DNA from: a virus
Length of the DNA: 64,000 nucleotides
IMG/VR virus record: IMGVR_UViG_3300037088_000882
Coordinates: 28,413 to 92,412 of that record
Strand: one strand, 5' to 3'
Below the pieces are notes generated by a model. It worked only from the letters and a program-made list of their open reading frames with translations, ran no database searches and was not told where the DNA came from. Of this stretch, positions 50,627 through 60,075 are shown piece by piece. The translations under genes were made by a program, and so were the position numbers. The number at the start of each line of letters is the position of its first letter. The stretch's first letter is position 1.

Positions 50627-50913
50627 TATTCCTCGTAAATAAGTATTTGCCGTGAAGGTTTAAATTTTAAAGTCATTCGGCCTTTTACTTCTCGAGTCTC
50701 TTTCAGACGGGGGATATTATATGTTCGAGCTTTTTTAAAATAAGGATAGAGAGTGCCAAAGCCTCTTATTTCAATGCTATTACCTTTTTTAAATTGGACT
50801 TTTATTTCTTCTATAAAAAGATCAACAATAAGAGCTACTACAGTTTTCGATACTTTGGGAGAGTCTTTAGAATCTATAATTGCTTGGACTAATTTTTGTT
50901 TATTTACTCGCAT
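50626..50913 (-). CDS. HU/IHF-family DNA-binding protein
   Basis: IEIRGFGT..KAR..P..FKPS. Confidence 0.88.
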   Translation of the reverse strand: MRVNKQKLVQAIIDSKDSPKVSKTVVALIVDLFIEEIKVQFKKGNSIEIRGFGTLYPYFKKARTYNIPRLKETREVKGRMTLKFKPSRQILIYEE

Positions 50914-51059
50914 GGTCCTCTTTATCTTTCTTTATACGTATTGGTTTTCTACAACAAGAGCATCTGTGAATCATTTCACCTTTAGGTCCATACTCACCCC
51001 ATCGAATATTACCTATATGCCCAAAAACCCAACAAAGAAATGATCCCCATAAATTACGT

Positions 51060-53000
51060 TTAGTCGGCATCATCGAGAAATAGACTCTTTTCAGTAATTA
51101 TGTGTTTCAATCTCTTATTGGTATAATCAACATATTTTTCTGAGATATCAAATCCTATGTAATTTCGTCCAAGTTTCTTGCACTCTTCAGCAGTTGTACC
51201 ACTTCCAATAAATGGATCGAACACTGTAGACCCTATCCAGCTAAGCATTTTAATAAGGCGCCTGGGTAATTCTGGAGGAAATGGGGCAGGATGAATTGAA
51301 TTATTTATCAATCGTGAAGATTCTTTATAAGCAGCTCGAGCAAATTCCCAGGGAGTTAAAGACCATTCTACAAACTCATCTTTAGTAAGATCGGTTTCAC
51401 CTTTGTCCTGTAGCTCGTAAGTATCCTTACAAAAAATAAGGATGTATTCCATAGCTGTTGGAAAAGAAGGATTATTTGGGCTCTTAAACGATCCCCAAGC
51501 ACAATTATGGTATAATACTTTACCTAAGTAACTATTATCTTCTTCTACTTCCATATTATAAACTTCAATATTTTCAACATTTTCAGTAATAATTTCTTTT
51601 ACCCTATAGAAAGCGTGGTAGCTCCCAATTTTAACTTTGTTGTAGAGATATTTTCTATTATCCATGTCAAAAGGAGCATCACATATATCATGTAGCTTTT
51701 TTCCGTATTTACCACAAAGTCTTATTTCATAGCATTCGTGTTTACCTTGAATGGTTCTTCCGTCTTTTAATATGCTTGAGGATAATTTTTTTCTTTTGTG
51801 TATAGATGGTGGCAATTTTAGGCGTATAAGAATATCACGTAATTGATAAACTAAATATTCAGATACTGTGACAAGAGAGCTTTGATGGGAATTAAAATGA
51901 CCGTCAGCGTGAAAAACACCTTTAATTAACTCTTTTTGAAGATCATAAGGAACTTGAAATAAAAAGGGGTGCATTTTTTTTTGATGCGCATATTCCCCAC
52001 ATAAAATTTTAAGCATCTTTGGTAGAATTTTATTTGAACTGATAATTATTCTTTTTAAATTATCTCGGTATTCTTTATGTGTTGTAAATCCTAATTTTAG
52101 GGCTATAGAAACTATATCATCAGTTAAGTAATCTTCATTTGGCCCAAAATCTAAACGAATTTCATTTTTATGTATACTACCATCTCCTAAATAATAACCT
52201 ATAAGTCTGAATAATTCTTTTGAGTTGTAATTAAAAAGAATTCCAGTTATTTTTTCTAACCTTTTATTGAAATTATTTACTCCTGCATGATGTTGCGTTG
52301 TATATCGAGGGACCATTAAGTAATACTCATAAGGCTCTAATTCTATAGGAATTTTCCACAAGGGAGTAAGCGGGACTCTTTTTCTTGGACAGCCCTTAGG
52401 GCAAAATTTACTAATCAGGCTTTTACGGTGCAATACTGGTGATACATATAAAGGATGCTCACCATAAACCGTAATCGGCTGTCCCCCTATTGTATGTATT
52501 GTATATTTATTTCCTGTAAAAACGGATTTATGTAAATCTAAAACTTTTCTAAAGCGTCGTTTATGTGTTAAAACCATATCGCCTATTTTTACATCTTTTA
52601 TATGTTTATAGCCATCTAAAGTATTGATTAATTCTTCTGGTGGTAAACATCTATTACTGGTATTGTTTTTATTCCAAGCAATTGTTGTGTATTGGAGATA
52701 GTGCAAAGAATGGGTCATGAATTGAATAATATCGGAGTGGGTAGGTATCTTTCCATTTTCTCCGTCTCCAATATTAATAACGACTCTACCTCCCTTTTTT
52801 AATTTAGGGTAGAGGGCTTTAAATATTTCTCGTAACCATTTTATATAATTTTTGTGGCCCATTTTATCGTTGAATGAATCATAACCTTCAAGACCTACAT
52901 TATATGGAGGACTTGTGATTACAAGATCGATACTTTTATCCGTGAGTTTGGGTATTAATTCTAAACAATCCCCTTGGACTATTTCATTTAAAAATTGCAT
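51060..53000 (-). CDS. beta-class N4-C/N6-A DNA methyltransferase with intein
   Basis: TSPPY, HPAPFP and DPFIGSGTT motifs. Confidence 0.9.
   Translation of the reverse strand: MQFLNEIVQGDCLELIPKLTDKSIDLVITSPPYNVGLEGYDSFNDKMGHKNYIKWLREIFKALYPKLKKGGRVVINIGDGENGKIPTHSDIIQFMTHSLHYLQYTTIAWNKNNTSNRCLPPEELINTLDGYKHIKDVKIGDMVLTHKRRFRKVLDLHKSVFTGNKYTIHTIGGQPITVYGEHPLYVSPVLHRKSLISKFCPKGCPRKRVPLTPLWKIPIELEPYEYYLMVPRYTTQHHAGVNNFNKRLEKITGILFNYNSKELFRLIGYYLGDGSIHKNEIRLDFGPNEDYLTDDIVSIALKLGFTTHKEYRDNLKRIIISSNKILPKMLKILCGEYAHQKKMHPFLFQVPYDLQKELIKGVFHADGHFNSHQSSLVTVSEYLVYQLRDILIRLKLPPSIHKRKKLSSSILKDGRTIQGKHECYEIRLCGKYGKKLHDICDAPFDMDNRKYLYNKVKIGSYHAFYRVKEIITENVENIEVYNMEVEEDNSYLGKVLYHNCAWGSFKSPNNPSFPTAMEYILIFCKDTYELQDKGETDLTKDEFVEWSLTPWEFARAAYKESSRLINNSIHPAPFPPELPRRLIKMLSWIGSTVFDPFIGSGTTAEECKKLGRNYIGFDISEKYVDYTNKRLKHIITEKSLFLDDAD
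51504..52649 (-). mobile_element. intein with LAGLIDADG homing endonuclease (382 aa)
   Basis: R|CLPP...YHN|C; LIGYYLGDG and IKGVFHADG. Confidence 0.9.
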
Positions 53001-53192
53001 GTGTTTTTCTCTTTAAGCATGATGAAAGTGATTTTTATTAGCACAAATCTTACATAAATTCCAGCCATCCCGACCTATGCATAACTTACAATCTTTTATT
53101 GGTTCCCAATAAAAATATTTTCGGCAGTGCATGCAGGGGTATTCCTCTGACGTTTTTTCATTGTATTTACAATTACTGCATGACTTACCCAT

Positions 53193-54194
53193 TTAATCAG
53201 CAAACAGGTCGTTAAGAACGTCTGTTTCTGCTTTAGCCTCAGTTTCAATTTTAGGCTGAGTGCTTGGAACATAATACTGCCGACCTGTAAGGCTGCAGAA
53301 ACGAGTCCAATTTGAATTTGGGTCTTTATTCTCAGGTATAGATGAGAAATTGATAGCGTGTTTTACCATAGCGTCCATGGCATCTACCTGTGCCACGGCA
53401 TGGGCCTCGGCAAACATGGTTTTACGTATACCCTCGTCTTCGTGATGTGCTACAATGATATGGGAAAGTTTTAAGAATGTAACATCATCCATTGGTATAT
53501 TCAATCTTCTGGCTATATCAAGGAGCATACCGTAACCAATAAATGTATGGTGTAGAAGCCGGCCAGCATCGGACATTTCTATAACGAGATCCCAATGGTA
53601 GCTGTTTATCTTACCGATGTCATGAATTAGGCATCCTGTGAGGACTATATCCGAGTCCAGGTTCTGGTATTGAGCAATGAGTTCACCTGCCCGTATCATC
53701 GAATAAGAGTGCTCAGCAAGGCCTCCAATGTAATTATGGTGGACTTCTCCGACTCCACCTGGACAGGACATGTACTGAGGTCTTAGGTTTCCCAGGATTT
53801 CAGCCCATATCTTCTCGCAGATCTCGTTTTTAATTTTAGACTGAAAAGTCATTAACCCTGATTCGATCTCTTTGATCTTATCGGGTGGAAGAGAGGGTAT
53901 GAGCTGGCTTATATCATAGGTTTTGGCTTGAGCCATACTTTTCACTTGTATTTGAGATACTTCTTTAAAAGTGCTGAGTTCTCCTACGACTTCGACAACG
54001 GATTTATTTTTGAGCCAAGTTTTATAAGAGGAGAAGCCGTCCCACATAATTGCTTTAATTGATCCCGAGAGATCGGTGAACTCGCAAGCCATGAAAGTTC
54101 CAGGCTTATTAGCGAAAGGTTTATAATCAATTTTAGATATGAGGAAGGTTCCCTTAATGGGTCCTGAAGTTTTAGTTTTGTAATCTTTAATCAT
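53193..54194 (-). CDS. YhaM-like OB-fold/HD 3'-5' exonuclease
   Basis: HHNYIGGLAEH, HDIGK and AHH motifs. Confidence 0.85.
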   Translation of the reverse strand: MIKDYKTKTSGPIKGTFLISKIDYKPFANKPGTFMACEFTDLSGSIKAIMWDGFSSYKTWLKNKSVVEVVGELSTFKEVSQIQVKSMAQAKTYDISQLIPSLPPDKIKEIESGLMTFQSKIKNEICEKIWAEILGNLRPQYMSCPGGVGEVHHNYIGGLAEHSYSMIRAGELIAQYQNLDSDIVLTGCLIHDIGKINSYHWDLVIEMSDAGRLLHHTFIGYGMLLDIARRLNIPMDDVTFLKLSHIIVAHHEDEGIRKTMFAEAHAVAQVDAMDAMVKHAINFSSIPENKDPNSNWTRFCSLTGRQYYVPSTQPKIETEAKAETDVLNDLFAD

Positions 54195-54431
54195 TGAAAA
54201 GTCCTTTATAAGAGGTAAGATTACTATAATACGTTAAAGATTAATGGGAATAAAGCAGTTTTTTAGATTATTCTAAATCTAACCAAATTTCCCCGAAGGA
54301 GTTTGTTTCTACTTTAGTTATTTTTTTATTGATGATTGATTCTTCTGGTAGGTGTGAACCACATTCATCTACAATCACATGCTTTGATCCAGGATAATCA
54401 GGATGATCACTGTAATCAATTTTTATTTTCA

Positions 54432-54632
54432 TTATACCGCTCTCATCAAGCCGAAAATTTCTTTTAATCTTTTAACAGCATAAACATAATTTTTGGTTTT
54501 GTTATTTTCATAAGCAATAACCATTTTTTGAATTCTCATTATTTTAGCTTTTGTAAGATCCAATTCAATGCTATCACTTATTAAGTTTCCTATTATTTTG
54601 TCGAGAATTTCTTTAGGCGATTTTTTCATCAC
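54432..54632 (-). CDS. hypothetical protein
   Basis: ORF track. Confidence 0.45.
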   Translation of the reverse strand: MMKKSPKEILDKIIGNLISDSIELDLTKAKIMRIQKMVIAYENNKTKNYVYAVKRLKEIFGLMRAV

Positions 54633-55345
54633 TTCTCCAATTTGATAAGTTTTCTATCTACAACTAGTTTTGAATATTCTATCATATCTTTACAGTCTGA
54701 AATGGTTATGTTTTTTTCTTCTATTTCTCGGTTACATCGGGAAATATGTTTAGCAAGAAGATCTCTGGCTATGACTCTATCCGCCGTTGTAAGAATGTTT
54801 TTAGTCGGATAAATACCTTGATCTTTAAGAGATATTCCGCAAAGATCTCCTGAAAATTGAATTTCACTTGAATTTAGGGTTAAGTCTCTTAAAGCATTAT
54901 TGTTTTTTTCAATTTTTTCGCATAGTTTTTGCACAGTTCGTCCAGAAGTTGTATTTCCTAGATTACTATACAATTTACGTCCTTCTTCTTCGTTTTTGTC
55001 TATGTAGTAATCGATAGTGTAATCTGATTTTAGTAAAGTAAGACTCTCTAATTTTTTAGATAATGTATTACTTTTTTCTAAACTCATGACCCAGAAACTC
55101 TTGTCGAGCTCAGTGTTTTTTATTTTTCTTTCAATGTTTTTTAAAGCCCTTTGAAAAGCATCTTGAGTTTTTAATTGTTCTGAATATCTGCATTCTATTG
55201 AAACCAATTTTGTAAAGCAGAATAGTACCGACATAATGCTGTGAGTATCGAGGCGGTCAGTGCAATCAATTGCTCCTATAACTCCTTGACGAGGGTTATA
55301 TACAAGGGTATTGAAGTTAGGGTTCCAAGAGATTTCTTTTTTCAT
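54629..55345 (-). CDS. hypothetical coiled-coil protein
   Basis: ORF track. Confidence 0.55.
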   Translation of the reverse strand: MKKEISWNPNFNTLVYNPRQGVIGAIDCTDRLDTHSIMSVLFCFTKLVSIECRYSEQLKTQDAFQRALKNIERKIKNTELDKSFWVMSLEKSNTLSKKLESLTLLKSDYTIDYYIDKNEEEGRKLYSNLGNTTSGRTVQKLCEKIEKNNNALRDLTLNSSEIQFSGDLCGISLKDQGIYPTKNILTTADRVIARDLLAKHISRCNREIEEKNITISDCKDMIEYSKLVVDRKLIKLEK

Positions 55346-55376
55346 GTATAACCTTCATGTTGCCTTATTGGGTGTT

Positions 55377-55745
55377 CTATGAGTGAATGAAGTTATTTGT
55401 GTGAATCAATTGGTCATAACGATAATAATCAGGTGTAGTTGGATCTTCTATTCTTTTAAGGCCCATTTCTCTTAATGCAGTATCAGATAGTGACTTAATA
55501 TCAAGACCTTCATTTAAAACAACAACAAACACGCCGATTGGATGAGTCGTAAATAAGTTATATATGTTTTGCGCTTGAAGTTCATTTATAAGCTTGTCTG
55601 GAGTTATTACTATTGTGTCACCTGTTTTTATATTTAACTTTTTTATGTTTAAATTAAGGTGAGCGATGTCTGATTGTATTTCAGTAAGTTCAGGCTTAGA
55701 GTCTTCGGGAACTGGCTTTTGTAACGTTATGTCAAATCGGTTCAT
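55377..55745 (-). CDS. hypothetical protein
   Basis: ORF track. Confidence 0.55.
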   Translation of the reverse strand: MNRFDITLQKPVPEDSKPELTEIQSDIAHLNLNIKKLNIKTGDTIVITPDKLINELQAQNIYNLFTTHPIGVFVVVLNEGLDIKSLSDTALREMGLKRIEDPTTPDYYRYDQLIHTNNFIHS

Positions 55746-56296
55746 ACTCGAAATCCTGTCTTTATAATTTGACCGCCCTTACGTGAAATTATAAATTCTT
55801 TTTTTACTACAGGTAAGTCTTCTAATTTTATACCCCGTTCGGTTAAATGTATTACCTTTTGATTTGATGATCCCTTCCAGCCTTTATTACATATCTCATC
55901 TTGTTCAAAAGGACCTATGCTTACAATGTCCAATACAGTTAATAATGCAAGGTGGTAACAATGCTCTGTTGCAGGAGAAAGACTCAATGATGAATATCCA
56001 GTTGTTAGAAAAACACTGGTATAATCGAACACTCCCTTGCAAAGCTCATAGACCGCTTTGTATTGATCCAAGGGCTCGCCTCCAGTTATGGAGATACCAT
56101 CGATACCCTCAGTTGAAAGAATGTCTTTAATGAGGTCCTGAACATCGTACTCAATGCCTCCGCTAAAGTCCCAGGTATCGGTATTACTACATCCAGGGCA
56201 ATGTATGCTACATCCTTGAACCCATATAGTGTAGCGAGTCCCAGGTCCCTGGGCTCGGAGTTTTTTTCCGATATAGTTAACACGTAATTTAGACAT
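55742..56296 (-). CDS. radical SAM NrdG-like activating enzyme
   Basis: GPG.R..WVQGCSIHCPGC, TGGEP and GSSNQ motifs. Confidence 0.85.
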   Translation of the reverse strand: MSKLRVNYIGKKLRAQGPGTRYTIWVQGCSIHCPGCSNTDTWDFSGGIEYDVQDLIKDILSTEGIDGISITGGEPLDQYKAVYELCKGVFDYTSVFLTTGYSSLSLSPATEHCYHLALLTVLDIVSIGPFEQDEICNKGWKGSSNQKVIHLTERGIKLEDLPVVKKEFIISRKGGQIIKTGFRV

Positions 56297-56534
56297 CTTT
56301 TTTAGCCTTAACCGCTTCGATTTTCTTTCGAGCTTCATCGTGATACTTTTCCATCAAATCTCCGATGTAACAGGCTCCACGTTTTGGCCTTTTAGTCTTC
56401 CATCCACAGGAGCATTTATCTTTAGCTGTTCCATTACCGCCTCGTTCGCATTCTGAGCAATCAACGGATAGATTTCCTTTAGTATCTACTGTACTATGCA
56501 TTTTTATTCTCCCGTGAAAGAGCTCCCTGAACAC
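56289..56534 (-). CDS. small Cys-rich hypothetical protein
   Basis: CSEC, CSCG. Confidence 0.5.
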   Translation of the reverse strand: MFRELFHGRIKMHSTVDTKGNLSVDCSECERGGNGTAKDKCSCGWKTKRPKRGACYIGDLMEKYHDEARKKIEAVKAKKDV

Positions 56535-56772
56535 GACCCATAACGGTTCTGTAGGGTAAATTAATGATATAAGTTGTATTATTAAAGTCCCTGAGGGCCG
56601 TCTGATCTTTACTTTGAGGATAAATTAAAGTAATATGATCAATGTTTGTCAAGCCATCCTCTTGGTTAATATCAATTCTTGGTACTCCCAATGGCGTGAC
56701 ACAAGCAATAGGAAAATTTAAAAACTTCATTTTACATCCATTTCTTTGATAGCCCTGCAAGCCACAGGACAA
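56494..56772 (-). CDS. hypothetical protein
   Basis: ORF track; start probably MKFL. Confidence 0.45.
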   Translation of the reverse strand: MSCGLQGYQRNGCKMKFLNFPIACVTPLGVPRIDINQEDGLTNIDHITLIYPQSKDQTALRDFNNTTYIINLPYRTVMGRVQGALSRENKNA

Positions 56773-57142
56773 ATTTCCAGTATTTACGAACCCTTATATG
56801 CTTACCATTAGGCATGTTATGGTAAGTCACATTGCCACTCATATCTGTTCTTTTATAAGAAGTGTTCATAAGCCATGTACGGAGCCGTATAGTATTATAC
56901 TCAGCTGTTCGTACTAGTTCTTCTGTTATGGGAACGTTTTCCTTAAATCTATGAATGCCTCCAGCACAGCCCCCATTACACCATACGTAATGTAAGGCAT
57001 CGAGTTCGAGATTCTTTTTTCTCGTCGCTTCATTGAGCATTTGAAGGGCGTGTTTTTGATGATGGATTAATTCTTCAAGTTGTTTTATATGTATAGCTTG
57101 GTTTTTTATTTTTAATTCTAGATCAGACATTATAAGCCCCAT
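56732..57142 (-). CDS. hypothetical protein
   Basis: ORF track. Confidence 0.55.
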   Translation of the reverse strand: MGLIMSDLELKIKNQAIHIKQLEELIHHQKHALQMLNEATRKKNLELDALHYVWCNGGCAGGIHRFKENVPITEELVRTAEYNTIRLRTWLMNTSYKRTDMSGNVTYHNMPNGKHIRVRKYWKFVLWLAGLSKKWM

Positions 57143-58146
57143 TTAAGAATGTATTCATTAGATAAGGCCTTGAAGCTGATTTTTTCTAAACTGTCATACA
57201 GCCTGAAAACCGTACCCTCTTGTAAAAGTTGGGGGTTTAAAGGGCTTGGAATATCGGCCATTTTTAAAAGTTCATCACAAGTATGGTTCAGAATGAAATT
57301 ATCATTGAGGATCGGAACTGTTTTTAATCCTAATCCTTTAACAAATGAAAGCATATCATCAAGCTTTAAGTACTGCTGTTTTTTAATGTCAAAAACATAA
57401 AACACATAAAGGTCAACACCTTTTAATTTGATCCGATTGCTTTGAATTCCTTCTCCTGCAGTTTCAGCCTGGATAGCATACCCATCAGGAAGTTTTTCTT
57501 TCAAATTGTATCGGTTAGCAAGTTTCCAAAATATGTTTTTATCATTCTCTATAAATTCTAAGCTATGACCACAGGCCCCGAATATTCCATCACTTTTGTA
57601 AAAGGTTGATGAAGTTCCATCTATTTTAGATGTTAAGTAAAATCTTTGCCCCTTATATTTATTAAGCAAGCTAAGACAGTTTTGAACTCTCTCTTCATCA
57701 GTTTTCGGTATTATTCCTGGTAATAACCCCTTCATTTCTCCGGCCAGGTGTACGGGAATAGGGGGTTCGTATCTATAAACCCCAATTTGCTTAGTAACTT
57801 CAGTTCCGATTTCTCGATCGGTTATTTCTGGGAATTGAAATAAAGGGAGAGCTAGACCTTGCGAGATTTGGCCTCTGAGCCTTATTGTCTTTAAGCGGAA
57901 TCCTATAACTTCTTTACCGTCCTCTATAATGGATTTTTTTAAAGTATTTCCTTTTGAAAGGAAGGAGAACTGGGGAATATTAGGTAATAATGAATCCACT
58001 TCAAAGTACAAACAGAGATCTTGAGGTTTGAAATTACCTTTTTGTGTTACACACCACCATCCTTGAATTCTTATTTTTTCAATAGCATCGGCCCCTTCAA
58101 TGGGCAAAACTTCTTCAATACGCTGTATAGAGGCGAGTTTACGCAT
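57130..58146 (-). CDS. RNA ligase (DRB0094/Rnl2-like)
   Basis: RKLASI..ADAIE N-domain, KTDEER, KIDGTS, EG.V and SFK motifs. Confidence 0.9.
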   Translation of the reverse strand: MRKLASIQRIEEVLPIEGADAIEKIRIQGWWCVTQKGNFKPQDLCLYFEVDSLLPNIPQFSFLSKGNTLKKSIIEDGKEVIGFRLKTIRLRGQISQGLALPLFQFPEITDREIGTEVTKQIGVYRYEPPIPVHLAGEMKGLLPGIIPKTDEERVQNCLSLLNKYKGQRFYLTSKIDGTSSTFYKSDGIFGACGHSLEFIENDKNIFWKLANRYNLKEKLPDGYAIQAETAGEGIQSNRIKLKGVDLYVFYVFDIKKQQYLKLDDMLSFVKGLGLKTVPILNDNFILNHTCDELLKMADIPSPLNPQLLQEGTVFRLYDSLEKISFKALSNEYILKWGL

Positions 58147-58203
58147 TACTGTCCTTTTGTTTGGTTTATCTTATTATACTAAGTTGCAGGAGGAAAAATC
58201 AGA

Positions 58204-58884
58204 TCAAATTTTATTGTGGGCAAAAATGTAATTACCGCCCGTATTCTTCATCAGTTTATAATTGGGGCCAATAATATTTTCGAACTCTTTTTGGGTTGTG
58301 GGGAATTTCTTTAGAGGGGCATATTCTACAATAATTATTTTTGGGTCGTATTCTTCAAAATTTAATCCTCGCAAGACCGCCAGGTCGTTTCCTTCTGTAT
58401 CAATACACAGGGCATCAATATCTTTAATGTTGTGTTTCTTAAAAAGATCGTTTAGCGTTAAAACTGATACTTCTTCCTGTCCTATATCTGGACCAAGTCT
58501 ACGGTCATTAGGGTCTTCTGGTTTTGTTTCTTGCTCTCTTAATGAATGGCATCCTTGCTCTCTTTTTATGAATAAAGTAGCTTTTTTTGATACACTTGAT
58601 ACTGCTATATTTTCCAAAATCACTTTATTATTGTTATCGTAAAGATATTTTAATTGTTTAAAATAAATAGAATAAGGCTCCACTAAAAGAGCACTCCAAT
58701 CATATTCATTGATCAATTTAAATGAGTTAGATACACTAACTCCATCAGCAGCTCCTACATCAACAATAAGGCCATTTTTCTTACTGTTAAAGTAATTAAT
58801 AATAAAGTCGTCTTCATTGTTTGATGCAGTAAATGTACGGCTGGCACGAAAAGCACTTATTTTGGGATCTTTTAGGTTGATCAT
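58204..58884 (-). CDS. FkbM-family methyltransferase
   Basis: VDVGAADG.SNS, VEP and IDTEG motifs. Confidence 0.85.
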   Translation of the reverse strand: MINLKDPKISAFRASRTFTASNNEDDFIINYFNSKKNGLIVDVGAADGVSVSNSFKLINEYDWSALLVEPYSIYFKQLKYLYDNNNKVILENIAVSSVSKKATLFIKREQGCHSLREQETKPEDPNDRRLGPDIGQEEVSVLTLNDLFKKHNIKDIDALCIDTEGNDLAVLRGLNFEEYDPKIIIVEYAPLKKFPTTQKEFENIIGPNYKLMKNTGGNYIFAHNKI

Positions 58885-58976
58885 GTTTTTCCCTTCTTAT
58901 TCGTATTTGAATCTTTATTAAATAAATATAATAGAAGATTATGCGGTTCTGAATAAGAAATGTTTTAAAGAGGGAG

Positions 58977-59062
58977 TGGCGGAGAGCCGGCGATTTGAAC
59001 GCCGAAGCCCTTTCGGGCGCTGGTTTAGCAAACCAGGGTCATACCATTAGACATAGCTCTCC
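58977..59062 (-). tRNA. tRNA-Ser(GCT)
   Basis: CTGGT-TTGCTAA-ACCAG, long variable arm, CCA. Confidence 0.95.
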
Positions 59063-59310
59063 ATAATTTGTTTGATAAGGTTTTGTTCTATAAATCTTTT
59101 TACATCAGCAGGATAGATAGTGTAAGCAATATTATCAATCTCATAATCTGGGTCGTCGCCTAAAAATTCAATAAATCTTTCTAAAGGTATTTCTTCTCGT
59201 TTTCTGTTTGGGGTAAATATTATAAGGTTCCCTCGTTGTCCTCGGAGATACCATTTCCATGTATCAGCCCCGATGTGAATTTTTCTTAGAGCTTTCATTT
59301 TACGAGACAT
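59047..59310 (-). CDS. hypothetical protein; stop codon inside tRNA-Ser
   Basis: SD AAGGA. Confidence 0.6.
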   Translation of the reverse strand: MSRKMKALRKIHIGADTWKWYLRGQRGNLIIFTPNRKREEIPLERFIEFLGDDPDYEIDNIAYTIYPADVKRFIEQNLIKQIMESYV

Positions 59311-59328
59311 GCGTTTTCCTTAAAATAG

Positions 59329-59404
59329 TGGTGGGTGTTTCCAGACTCGAACTGGAATAACAGGATTTTCAGTCCCGCACCTTGACCCCGTTGGTAAAAC
59401 ACCC
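59329..59404 (-). tRNA. tRNA-Phe(GAA)
   Basis: CGGGA-CTGAAAA-TCCTG, CCA. Confidence 0.9.
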
Positions 59405-59458
59405 ATTATAAAGACACTAAAGCCATCGTTGTCCATTGGGTGTTTCCTTTCTTGTTAA

Positions 59459-59535
59459 TGGTAGGCCCGGACCGAGTTGAACGGTCGACCCCTACCTTAT
59501 CAGGGTAATGCTCTAACCATCTGAGCTACGGGCCT
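59459..59535 (-). tRNA. tRNA-Ile(GAT)
   Basis: TTACC-CTGATAA-GGTAG, CCA. Confidence 0.95.
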
Positions 59536-59542
59536 GTAAATC

Positions 59543-59629
59543 TAGCGGGAGCAGGATTCGAACCTGCGTCCTCTGTTAAGAGGTGAGGCTTATGAGACCC
59601 CCGAGTTAGACCAACTACTCTATCCCGCG
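59543..59629 (-). tRNA. initiator-type tRNA-Met(CAT) with long variable arm
   Basis: C1:U72 mismatch, CTCATAA loop, variable stem CCTCT-TAAC-AGAGG. Confidence 0.8.
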
Positions 59630-59637
59630 ATAATTTA

Positions 59638-59715
59638 TGGTGGTGGTAGCTGGATTTAAACCAGCGAATCTCTGGATTATGATTCCAGGGCATTAATCAG
59701 CTATGCTATACCACC
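59638..59715 (-). tRNA. tRNA-Met(CAT), elongator (or Ile2)
   Basis: CTGGA-ATCATAA-TCCAG; atypical D and T loops; CCA. Confidence 0.75.
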
Positions 59716-59769
59716 ATATTAGCTCCTCCAATTTTTTGTGCTTTTAGTGTGTACATCTAAACTCCATAA

Positions 59770-59846
59770 TGGCGGGCCCGACGTGGATCGAACACGCGAC
59801 CTCCGCAGTGACAGTGCGGCGTTCTAGCCAATTGAACTACGAGCCC
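59770..59846 (-). tRNA. tRNA-Asp(GTC)
   Basis: CCGCA-CTGTCAC-TGCGG, G73, CCA. Confidence 0.95.
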
Positions 59847-59890
59847 AAAAAACAAAAAACCTCGTTGGTTTCCCAGCGAGGTTTTGATTT
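59847..59890 (-). terminator. attenuator terminator 3
   Basis: AAAACCTCGCTGG-GAAA-CCAACGAGGTTTT followed by U tract, directly before tRNA-Asp. Confidence 0.9.
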
Positions 59891-59913
59891 AATCTATTTT
59901 GTTACTTGTTAAA

Positions 59914-60003
59914 TCAAGACCCCGCCTTAGGCATAGTATCAAACATGCTATCACTAATGATAAACATAAAGCTGATACTGACGGTCTTGGTTGAAAGTAA
60001 CAT
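59914..60003 (-). CDS. leader peptide 3 (Ser-AGY/Ile/Phe/Met/Asp): MLLSTKTVSISFMFIISDSMFDTMPKAGS
   Basis: 29-aa ORF with SD AAGGA; stop region pairs with the terminator 5' strand. Confidence 0.9.
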   Translation of the reverse strand: MLLSTKTVSISFMFIISDSMFDTMPKAGS

Positions 60004-60046
60004 TGAAAGTAATTTCCTTAGTAAAGTAAACTGCGAATCTTAATTA

Positions 60047-60075
60047 AAGATAACACATAAAAAAGTTTTTGTCAA
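60047..60075 (-). promoter_or_regulatory. sigma70 promoter of tRNA array 3
   Basis: TTGACA-17 nt-TATCTT with extended TG. Confidence 0.8.

Noticed and set aside
5182-58642. Numerous short antisense or overlapping ORFs in the track
   Set aside because: They overlap well-supported genes and lack motifs or RBS; shadow ORFs.
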